Below are positions 13,890 to 26,815 of a DNA stretch of 64,000 nt, piece after piece. The notes beneath the pieces were generated by a model. That model saw nothing but the letters and a program-made list of their open reading frames with translations. It ran no database searches and was not told where the DNA came from. Within the stretch, counting starts at the first letter, position 1; each line of letters starts with the position of its first letter. The stretch lies in NCBI RefSeq assembly GCF_009914755.1, contig NC_060929.1; one strand, 5' to 3'. This DNA is from the human T2T-CHM13v2.0 reference genome, Homo sapiens. The position numbers and the translations under genes are program-made.

Positions 13890-14085
13890 ATTATCCACTT
13901 GTAGCTACAAAGACCTGCGTCCTGGGAAGAGCTACAAGCACCTGGCCTGCATCAGGACCGCAGTCTTAAGAGGTGGGCACTGTGACGATCCTGGCTTTAC
14001 AGCTTTACAGGTGAGGAAACCGAGGTGAAGTTACAAGACGTGCCCAGGCCATGCGTTTGCAGAGGGTAAAGTTAAGCTCAACCTG
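13890..14085 (-). mobile_element. MIR fragment
   Basis: tttacaggtgaggaaaccgagg…gtgcccaggccatgc matches the MIR core. Confidence 0.65.
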
Positions 14086-15496
14086 TTCCCGGGAAGCAGA
14101 TGCTGGGAAGGAGGTGAGCGTGCAGGAAGCTCAGCAGGAGAGCTCTGTGCAGGAACGCCTGTGGGAGGAAGGGTGGAGGGCAGGCACCTTGCTGGGATGC
14201 AGTCTCCACGCGGGATGCCGCCAGCCTCACGGGAGCCTGGGCTGTGCTCGTGGGGCTGGTGAGGGGGCTTTGTTACCCACACACTAACCTGGGATTGGCT
14301 GTGGGCTGCCGCAGTGGATGTGTGATCTTGGGGGAGGCATTCTTAAACCAGGAGATTCCCAGAGAGGTTGAGGCTGTGCCGTCTGTGGGCAGAGCACCCA
14401 GTAATGCATGGAAAGTATCTTCAGTCCTCGGGGAGCATCTCTTCTGTGCTCACTGGCATCCACCCAGCGGCTCCAGGGCCTTCGGTCTTAACCCCTTTAC
14501 TGACCACACAAATTCCTTCTAGGTCAGTCTCAGGAAAGGAAATGAGGGTCTGGAGCTTTGCGAAGCACAGAAGGCTCTGATGATGCAGGCTTCACTTGCG
14601 GGGCCAGAGTGGGCTTCCAGCACCCTGGGCTGCACCCGTCAGCTTGTATTCAGGCTGAGTACGGCGTCTGGTTAATTGAGCCATAACACTTCTTTTCCAG
14701 AACTGCCCGGTTGGCATTCACGCCTTCTTGCATTATTAACAGAAACAACTCGACTTTTTTTCCCCCAGGAATTGTAAGGACTTATAAGGGGAGTTGAAAC
14801 GTATGATTGGGGAAAGCCCAGTAGCTGGAGGGAAATGAGTCCTTCTGCAGAGGAGATGCATGTGAGTTTCCCATAGACACGCCCAGGGCTGTTTCTGTCT
14901 GGCTTTCATGGTGAGTTATGTTATCTGGATGCTGGGAAGGAATGAAGATGGCACAGAGGTTAAAAGGAGTGAAAGGAAAAAATTGATTTTTCAATCGAAA
15001 ATGTCATTGTTGCATTGATAACAGACTTCTTTAAGATTAGAAAGCTTCACATACTTGTGTCCACTACAGTCAACCAGAATTTGTTTAGTTTTTTTTCTAA
15101 TGAAAAGCCCAGTATTAATAGCCAGCTAAACAAATAATATAAAATAGGGTCTTTGTAACTACAAATGGATAATTGTTGCAGTTTATCATTATGGTCTTGG
15201 CATAAACAAAACATACATACCAAGAGCTATAGCAAAAACAAGGTTTTCAATGTGAAGTACGCAGCAGATGAATCAGTGAAAATCGGAGCTCACATTTCCC
15301 TGCTGGTGAGGGCACCTTGGTCCTCAGAGGGGCGATGGGAGAACCTTTCCCTAGGTCTGCATGCCTTTTGCTCCTGTGAGGAGTTGGGTGGTCAGTCTCG
15401 GATTGAGCTGGTGGATAACAAGCACCATTTCTGAAATCTCTGTGCTGGGGCTGCGGGCAGAAGATTAGAGAATGTGTCTGGAAGCTGTGTCTCCAA

Positions 15497-15832
15497 CCAT
15501 GGCGAGAACTTGATTTTCATCCAGGGTGAGAACTTGATTTCTATCCATGGCGAGAACTTGATTTTTATCCATGGCGAGAACTTGATTTTCATCCATGGCG
15601 AGAACTTGATTTTTATCCATGGCAAGAACTTGATTTTCATCCAGGGCGAGAACTTGATTTTCATCCAGGGCGAGAACTTGATTTTTATCCATGGCGAGAA
15701 CTTGATTTTCATCCAGGGCGAGAACTTGATTTTTATCCATGGCGAGAACTTGATTTTTATCCATGGCGAGAACTTGATTTTCATCCAGGGCGAGAACTTG
15801 ATTTTCATCCAGGGCGAGAACTTGATTTTCAT
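15497..15832. repeat. 24-bp minisatellite, 14 copies
   Basis: Unit cca(t/g)ggcgagaacttgatttt(t/c)at; 14 GENLIFI-type repeats in the ORF track. Confidence 0.98.
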
Positions 15833-15948
15833 TTGGGATATTTTGGGGACGATGATATCAATTAGAAATCCTCAAGATTCCTTCCTTCACTCCTGGAGAT
15901 GGGCCTGTCTAAGTTTCCAAGTTTGACTCATGCATGTGAGTGGGCATT

Positions 15949-15950
<2 letters not shown>

Positions 15951-15982
<32 letters not shown>
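15951..15982. repeat. (GA)n microsatellite
   Basis: Directly visible. Confidence 0.95.
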
Positions 15983-15986
<4 letters not shown>

Positions 15987-16483
15987 TGGAGTGGCATTAC
16001 CCCTCCCTCCTCAGACTCAGTGCAGCAGCATTGACCATGGGGAGCCCAGAAGCCAGTGAGCCTTCTTCTGACTGAGGCTGAGTGGCCATCACTATGCTCT
16101 TCTCCTCAGATGCCTGTGCTGACCACCAGGTCGGGCTCACAGCCGCTTCTCATTCTCCCTTGTTCCAGCACCCATTTTTGTTCGGATAGTTTCTAAGATA
16201 GTATTACAAACATTTTCATCCAGAATACTTATATTTTCTCAACACAATAGGTGACTCTTAATTTTTTTTTCTCTGAAATGTACACTAGCATTGCCAAGTG
16301 AAGTGTGGAGCCTTTCCTTTCCCTCTTTTTTCCCCTTCCCCTTTCATTTCCTTTCTCCTTTCCTTTCCTCTCTTGTCCGTTTGTTATCCACCAGCTCAAT
16401 CTGAGGCTGACCACCCAACTCCTCACAGGGGCAAAAGGCCTGCAGACCTGGGGAAAGGTGCTCCCATCACCCCTCTGAGGATC

Positions 16484-16628
16484 CTCTCCTTTCCTCCCGT
16501 CTCCCTTCCTTCCTTCCCTTCTCCTTCCTTCCTTCCTCCCTCCCTCCCTCCCTGCCTCTCTCCCTCTCTCTCTTTCTCTTTCTCTCCTTCCTTCCTGCCT
16601 GCCTCTCTTTCTTTCTCTTTCTCCCTTC

Positions 16629-16686
<58 letters not shown>

Positions 16687-16694
16687 CTCTCGCT

Positions 16695-16734
<40 letters not shown>

Positions 16735-16750
16735 TTCTTTCTTACTTTCT
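16484..16750. repeat. Compound (CCTT)/(CCCT)/(CTTT)/(CT) pyrimidine tract at an Alu tail
   Basis: Directly visible; it abuts the 3' end of the antisense AluJ. Confidence 0.95.
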
Positions 16751-17032
16751 TGGCAAGGTCTTGCTTTGTCACCCAGACTGGAGAGCAGTGGCATGAACAC
16801 AGCTCACTCAACCTCCCTGGCTCAAGTAATCCTCCTACCTCAGCCTCCCAAGTAGCTGGGACCACAGGCGAGCCCATTATGTGCAGCTAAGTTTTGTATT
16901 GTTTTCATAGAGATGAGGTTCTACCATGTTGGCCAGGCTGATCTCAGACTCCCAAGCTCAAGGGGTCTACCTGACTCAGCATCCCAAAGTGCTGGGATTA
17001 CAAGATTACAAGCATGAGCCACCATGCCCAGC
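16751..17032 (-). mobile_element. AluJ
   Basis: aggtcttgctttgtcacccagactgg…ggctcaagtaatcctcc…ccaccatgcccagc. Confidence 0.93.
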
Positions 17033-17833
17033 ATGGAATTGTTTCTGATAAAGATTTTTTTTTGAAATATTTTAATCCTGAATCTACATACAGAATGACA
17101 ACTGCGAGCCTCGCACTTTTTATCTTGCTCCCCTTCGCCCAGGGAGACTGAGTCCCACCCTGCCTGCTTGTGTGTTGTTTTATCTGCAAGATCTGGAATC
17201 TGCAGATACCTGATACACACTTGCAGAATGAATGAATGTGTGAGTTACAGGAAGACTTTGTGTAATGAGCCCATTCATTCAGAGCCTTTTAGAGACAGAA
17301 AGGTGTAGGGTTTTCTGAAAAGCTCTGTAAGCTACATCAAGTTGAAGCAATAAAAACAGATAATCAGTCATGGTGAAGAATAAGGCCACCAGCTCGGCTT
17401 CTACCTAAACACAAGGCATTAAGAATAAGGTTGATATTCAAAGCATGTACTTGCTCTAGTTGGTTTCCTTATTTCCCACCTATTTCTAGGAATGCTCTGA
17501 GGAGTTTGCAGTAGGGGCACACGCACACTGAAAGGTGGATAAATTCTGTGTATACAGTTGGGAACATGGGAAGGAGAAGCAAATGTACCAACAGCCAGGT
17601 TTAATATACACACAATGCCTGGAATGAAATTGGGAACACAAATGAAAATAGATGACCCAGGAAACACCCACTTAGCAAACACCTGTTTCAGCTCTGTTAC
17701 CTGCCAGGTGCTGGGCCCGGTGATGGGGATGTGAGGACACGAGCCCCCCGGCCCAAGTCTGGATCACCCTTGACTGTTCACGTTCCCTTGTACTCCGTGT
17801 TGGATTGGTCTGCAGATCTCCTTGGTGGTCTCT

Positions 17834-18143
<310 letters not shown>

Positions 18144-18289
18144 GTGTGGTCCCTTCAAAATGCACTCAGGGTCCCTGCATTGCTCCCCACCTCCCCTGTG
18201 GCTGTGCTGGCAGGTCAGAGCCAGTGTCCTGGGCCTCCTACCGTCCCCCATGCTATCCTCAGTGCAGCAGCCCACACAGACACATTCTG

Positions 18290-18740
18290 GTGTCAATCAG
18301 ATCCTTCCACTGCTGAGTGGCTCCTGTCTTGCCTGGGTAGAGGCCTGGCCTCCCACTGGTCTTCCAGGCCCTGAGCACTGAGTCCTGTGGCTCTCTCTGG
18401 CTACAGGGGCTTGCTCTTGCTTTGAGAGCCCGCCGGGTGCCCTATGCCAAGGATACTGCCCTCCAGATGTCCCGCCAACTGAGCCTCTTTGCACCAAGGG
18501 TGACTCCACCCTCCCAACACCTGCACCCCACGTCCCCCTTACCTGGCTGTTTCTCTGTCAGTCGCATCACTTGTCATGTATCTCTGTGTTTCTATTTTGA
18601 TATCATGCTTCTCCCACTAGATTGCAGGTGTCCTAGAGGAGCAGAGCCTGTCGGATCCTGTGGCATTTTCAGGCTGAGGTCCCATGGGACCCAGAGTCGT
18701 TCTCCACATTCTCTATGGTGCAGTTGATGCTATTTGCTGA
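18290..18740 (+). mobile_element. L2 3' fragment
   Basis: aatcagatccttccac…cttctcccactagattgcagg…ggagcagagcctg is a degenerate L2 3' end. Confidence 0.5.
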
Positions 18741-19109
18741 AGGCCCACAGTCCCCACTTCAAGGGCTGTCCCTCAGTTATTGAAAAAAGACAAAAAAAAG
18801 CAGGTCATTCCTTGAACAGTGTGAGGTTCTTTTGCCCTGCGTTCTGTGGGAGGTTTCTCCTGCGTCACATTCGCAGTTTGCTGAAGCTTTATGGGCACTG
18901 CCCATGGGGAGTGTTAAGCCAAAGGCAGAGCAGTTTTCAGATGACTCACAAAGGCTGAGCCTCATGAGGAGAGCATGGCACACCTCCCCAAATGCCTCTG
19001 ATCAGGGGCTGGGCCAGCGCACAGTCAGAGGCCAGTCACTCCTGTGGCCCTGCAGGGTGCTTCTCAAACACGCTACATCCTGAGTGCTAGGGGCTGCACT
19101 GGGCCTCCG

Positions 19110-19802
<693 letters not shown>

Positions 19803-20214
19803 TTGCCTTGAGCTCTTACTAAACACAGAGTTAGAAGCCACGGTCCGTCCTCCTGATTGGGTGGGCTTGAGTGCTGATGAGGTGGTTGGATTCTTCAGAG
19901 GGAGTACAGACACTTTGGAGCCCATGGCATGATTTAGGCACAAGTCAAGGATTTTCCCCAGAGACAAATCTGACTTCACTTAAACACATTGATAAGCACC
20001 TGAGGAGACCCTAGAATTCTACCTCAAAATCAGGGAGAAGGTGCTGGTTTGTTCCCCTACATTCTGGGACCGGTACTCCTCATCCCCTTAGCTCTGGGAG
20101 CTTCAGCAGCACACCCACTGACACTGACCACGAGCACGTGGCTTCGGGGACACGCCTGGCATTTCCTGGTCCTGGCACACAGACCCTGGAGAATCACTGC
20201 CGCTGTCTGCAATG

Positions 20215-20553
20215 CAGCGAATGTGCGTGTCCCCCTGGACTGCGTATGTTGAAATCCTAATCCCAAAGGTGATGATATGAGGAGGTGGGGTCTCTGGGAG
20301 GTGATTGTCATGGAAGGCAGAGCTCCTGTGAATGGGATCTGGGCCCCAGAGAGCCCCTCCCCTCCCCCCGACCTACGAGAACACAGTAAGAAGGTGCCAT
20401 CTGTGAACCAGAAAGGTCCCTTGGCAGGCACGGAGGCTGCCTGTGCCTTGACTTGGAATTTCCAGCCTCCAGAGCTGTGAGAAATAGATTTTTGTGGCTC
20501 AGGAGCCTCCAGGCTGATGGCCCTTTGTTATGGCACCCCGACAAGACTAAGAT
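20215..20553 (+). mobile_element. MLT1A-like MaLR LTR
   Basis: tatgttgaaatcctaatccc…aagaaggtgccatctgtgaaccagaaag…ttccagcctccagagctgtgagaaata…gactaagata. Confidence 0.88.
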
Positions 20554-20604
20554 AGTGTGCAAGGCATGTAACATTTGTTTAATTAGAAGAATTGAAGAAG
20601 ACAG

Positions 20605-20800
20605 AATGTCAACTGTGGTCTTGGATGACAGTGGCTTGTTAGTGTAGGGTGATTGTAAAAGTGTACCCCTAGGGTGAGGGGTGCTGACAGTGTGGGAGAC
20701 TGTGTACATGGGGGAGCAGGAGGTGGATAGGAAGTCTATGTGCTTTCCCCTCAATTTTTCTGAACTTAAAACTGTTCCAAAAATGAAGTATATGAAAATA
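20605..20800 (+). mobile_element. L1MC/L1MD-type 3' end fragment
   Basis: gattgtaaaagtgtaccc…ctcaatttttctgaacttaaaactgttccaaaaat. Confidence 0.7.
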
Positions 20801-21836
20801 TAAACAACAGCAATAATTTTAAAAGAATGATCTCCCTCACTTTGAGCCCTGGCCGAAAATTGTGGTTCTTCCTGGACCCTTTTCTCTGCCATATCTGAGA
20901 TGCCCCTCTCAGTTTTGCTCTCAGCTATTGAACTTCAGATCTTTCCATCACATGTCAAAATAAATACAGCCTCTTGGTTCTCGCATGCCTTTATCATCCC
21001 TTATTGCCCACAGACTTCACAGGAGCCCATACCTTTAGTCTCCACAAGAAAAAAGAAGGCTGTGATCTCCATATTGCCACACTTTTATTTACCTTATCTG
21101 TAACATAATTAATAGATGACTGCAAGGAGATCAAGGTGCTTTCAAAGGGAATGAGACAGCTTCATATGAAACGTGCTCTTTTGAATCAGTCCAGGGCTCT
21201 ATCAAAGTCTGTGTGATAATTTCATGTAAATCCTGGTGTTCCGAATCTGTATCTTTTAACCTGTACGTACCATTTTTAACACACTACATTTCAAAGACAT
21301 CGAAGGCTGGTCTAATTTGTATTACAGAATTACATTATTTTTGGCAAGCAGCACTTCTTACTGATTTATTAAAATTAATATGGACGCTCATTAGAAAGAC
21401 ATTCAGAGGTCTCAGACAGTCTTTTAAAAGGCTACGATGGAGAAAACCCACACAGTCAATGCAAAACCTGGTTTCATGCACCTAGGTGACACCTTGGACA
21501 TGTGTATTTTGGAGTTGCCTTTTGGCAGTCTCTGGAGGGGCTGCACCATTCACGATGGCCGCCAAGAGCATTCGCACTCTTGTCACCACTTGAGCCTCCA
21601 ATCTATTTGTTTACAAATTCCCCCGTTGTTTAGTTTGGGCAAATAAAGTAGTTTTTACAAACTGATTTGATAAATGTTACCGTTCCTCCACTGGCCCATC
21701 TCACAGGCTTTACTAGTCATTGATTCCTTAGTGACATTGTATTTGCTGCCATAAAGTGTGAGCCAGGTGGGACCTTTATCCTCAGGCCACTTTTAAGAGT
21801 GGAAGTTGGGGTGTGGTTAGAGAGAGAATTAACACA

Positions 21837-23850
21837 GTCTTGCACTAGAGATGCCCAGCATCCCTCTGTGACTTGCACTAGAGACGCCCAGCATCCCTCT
21901 GTGTCTTGCACTACAGACGCCCAGCATCCCTCTGTGTCTTGCACCGGAGATGCCCAGCATCCCTCTGTGTCTTGCACCGGAGACGCCCAGCATCCCTCTG
22001 TGTCTTGCACTACAGACGCCCAGCATCCCTCGGTGTCTTGCAGTACAGAGGCCCAGCATCCCTCTGTGTCTCGCACTACAGGCACCCAGCATCCCTCTGT
22101 GTCTTGCACTACAGAGGCCCAGCATCCCTCTGTGTCTTGCACTACAGACGCCCAGCATACCTCTGTGTCTTGCACTACAGACGCCCAGCATCCCTCTGTG
22201 TCTTGCACCGGAGACGCCCAGCATCCCTCTGTGTCTTGCACTAGAGACGCCCAGCATCCTTCTGTGTCTTGCACTGGAGACGCCCAGCATCCCTCTGTGT
22301 CTTGCACTAGAGACGCCCAGCATCCCTGTGTGTCTTGCACTGGAGATGCCCAGCATCCCTCTGTGTCTTGCACTAGAGACGCCCAGCATCCTTCTGTGTC
22401 TTGCACCGGAGACGCCCAGCATCCCTCTGTGTCTTGCACTGGAGACGCCCAGCATCCCTCTGTGTCTTGCACTAGAGACACCCAGCATCCTTCTGTGTCT
22501 TGCACTACAGACGACCAGCATCCCTCTGTGTCTTGCACTGGAGACGCCCAGCATCCCTCTGTGTCTTGCACTACAGACGCCCAGCATCCCTGTGTGTCTT
22601 GCACTGGAGACGCCCAGCATCCCTGTGTGTCTTGCACTGGAGACGCCCAGCATCCCTGTGTGTCTTGCACTGGAGACGCCCAGCATCCCTGTGTGTCTTG
22701 CACTGGAGACGCCCAGCATCCCTGTGTGTCTTGCACTGGAGACGCCCAGCATCCCTGTGTGTCTTGCACTGGAGACGCCCAGCATCCCTGTGTGTCTTGC
22801 ACTGGAGACGCCCAGCATCCCTGTGTGTCTTGCACTGGAGACGCCCAGCATCCCTGTGTGTCTTGCACTGGAGACGCCCAGCATCCCTCTGTGTCTTGCA
22901 CTACAGACGACCAGCATCCCTGTGTGTCTTGCACTGGAGACGCCCAGCATCCCTCTGTGTCTTGCACTGGAGACGCCCAGCATCCCTCTGTGTCTTGCAC
23001 TGGAGACGCCCAGCATCCCTGTGTGTCTTGCACTGGAGACGCCCAGCATCCCTGTGTGTCTTGCACTGGAGACGCCCAGCATCCCTGTGTGTCTTGCACT
23101 GGAGACGCCCAGCATCCCTGTGTGTCTTGCACTGGAGACGCCCAGCATCCCTGTGTGTCTTGCACTGGAGACGCCCAGCATCCCTCTGTGTCTTGCACTG
23201 GAGACGCCCAGAATCCCTGTGTGTCTTGCACTGGAGACGCCCAGCATCCCTGTGTGTCTTGCACTGGAGACGCCCAGCATCCCTGTGTGTCTTGCACTGG
23301 AGACGCCCAGCATCCCTGTGTGTCTTGCACTGGAGACGCCCAGCATCCCTGTGTGTCTTGCACTGGAGACGCCCAGCATCCCTCTGTGTCTTGCACTGGA
23401 GACGCCCAGCATCCCTGTGTGTCTTGCACTGGAGACGCCCAGCATCCCTGTGTGTCTTGCACTGGAGACGCCCAGCATCCCTGTGTGTCTTGCACTGGAG
23501 ACGCCCAGCATCCCTGTGTGTCTTGCACTGGAGACGCCCAGCATCCCTGTGTGTCTTGCACTGGAGACGCCCAGCATCCCTGTGTGTCTTGCACTGGAGA
23601 CGCCCAGCATCCCTGTGTGTCTTGCACTGGAGACGCCCAGCATCCCTGTGTGTCTTGCACTGGAGACGCCCAGCATCCCTGTGTGTCTTGCACTGGAGAC
23701 GCCCAGCATCCCTGTGTGTCTTGCACTGGAGACGCCCAGCATCCCTGTGTGTCTTGCACTGGAGACGCCCAGCATCCCTCTGTGTCTTGCACTGGAGACG
23801 CCCAGCATCCCTGTGTGTCTTGCAGTAGAGACGCCCAGCATCCCTTTGTG
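21837..23850. repeat. 33-bp minisatellite (VNTR-type), about 61 copies
   Basis: Unit tcttgcactggagacgcccagcatccctgtgtg over about 2.0 kb. Confidence 0.99.
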
Positions 23851-24437
23851 GTGTGATTCACTGGCAGGTGGCCATTGGGAGGGGCCAGCCAGGGAACTGC
23901 TATGGGACAGGCAGGAAGCTGCATTTCTGAGCTCATCCACAGTGAGGTAGGCATGAGGTCCCCTTCCTGCAGGAAGCTCCCCCGTCCTTGGTGGTTCTCC
24001 TGGCCCGGCCTTCCCTAGTGCATAGCTTAGTGCATTGGCCACACACTTCCTACTCCCTGACACCTGTCTGTCCTCTGAGGCACGGTCGCCTTCTTCTTAT
24101 TAGATGGGTGGGAGGGGTGAGGATGTCAGGCAGAGACCCTTTAACTCTTTCCTGATGCATGAGCTTCCTGTGGCTGCTGGAACTAACCATGCTCTGGGCG
24201 GACAAAAACAACAGAAGTGCATCCCCTCGCACTTCTGCAGGCTGGAAGTCCAGAGCCAAGGTGTCCACTGGGTTGGGCCTCCTTCCAAAGGCTCCAGAAA
24301 GGGCGCTTTCTTGCCTCTTCCAGCCTCTGGTGGCCCCCGTGATCCTGGGCTTGCAGCCAGTTCTATCCCTGCCTCCCTCTTCACCCTGCCTTCTCTGCTG
24401 CCTGTCCGAGATTCAAATTCCGCTTCAGCTCTGTCTT

Positions 24438-25546
<1,109 letters not shown>

Positions 25547-26043
25547 TAACTTAATGACACCTGTCAAACCCCCTTTTCCAAATAAGGTCACTGTCACAGA
25601 TCTCAGGGGTTAAAATGTGAACGTATCATTTGGGGGGCACTGTTCAACATCCTACCCTTGATGAGTCCCAGGAGCAATTCTGCACCTCCCTTTCAGGTCC
25701 CTTTAGAAAGTGGGGCTGGCTTTTCCCTGTTATCCTACTCTCCGGAGTTCTAGAAGGGGTTTCAGGCAAGAGAAAAGTCCCATTAGCATGCTGGTGCATG
25801 GGGCCCCTCTCTGTCCTCACCTAACTGCATACCCCATACTGCTGTAATGTAGAGAACATCCTCACTGTTGCATGTGAACAGGGAGGTACAGGGCCAACTC
25901 CTCTGACAAGACAGTGGGATAAGCAAAGGAGAGTTGAGGGTTCAGTCAAGAGCCCATTTGCTAAATAATCTTGCTCATAAAATCTTGGGATTTTAACTGT
26001 TGTCCATGGCGGTCCTTGGGTTTGGGGTGGACTTTTCCTGAAG

Positions 26044-26336
<293 letters not shown>

Positions 26337-26634
26337 TTCCTGAAGCTTTTGAGCCTGCTCTTTCCACATCCTCGTTTTCTCTGATTTGGCTGCCTGACTG
26401 ATCCTAACACCTCCTATGTCCTTCTGCCATGGCGTATCTTACCGGGATGCACTCTCTGGATTCACACTAAGGTATGAGGTGAGAGGTGTGTGCCTTCCAT
26501 ACACAAAGGTATGAGGCTCCATTTATGGGTTTCTTGGGTCGCTTGTCCATTCCATTTTTCTGCAAAGCTCTTCCTCTCCCCCAGCCCCTTCCCCACCCCC
26601 TCTCAGCCAGTGCTGTCTTGGATGCTGAAAGATG

Positions 26635-26815
26635 GCAGTTTTCAGAGTTGAATCTGAAGAAGAATCATCTTGAATGATTGTTTAAATGCAGATGTCCCCT
26701 CACCACCAGTACTGGGAACTATACTCAGTACACCCAAGAATCTGATCTGCAGGTCTGTGATGTGGCCCAGGAATCTGCATTGTCAAGATTTCCCCAGCTG
26801 ATTCTGTCTCAAGAT
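26635..26815. mobile_element. MER5-like hAT MITE
   Basis: agaatcatct…tgtttaaatgcagatg…ggcccaggaatctgcatt…ccccagctgattctg. Confidence 0.75.

Noticed and set aside
15392-15926. Repeat-peptide ORFs (GENLIFI, MKIKFSPW)
   Set aside because: They are translations of the 24-bp minisatellite.
21837-23850. Metal-response elements in the VNTR
   Set aside because: Units read TGCACTG/TGCACTA/TGCACCG, not the MRE core TGCRCNC.
21717-24063. Long ORFs (442-745 aa) as protein-coding genes
   Set aside because: They are produced by a 33-bp tandem unit open in several overlapping frames, with no supporting gene structure.
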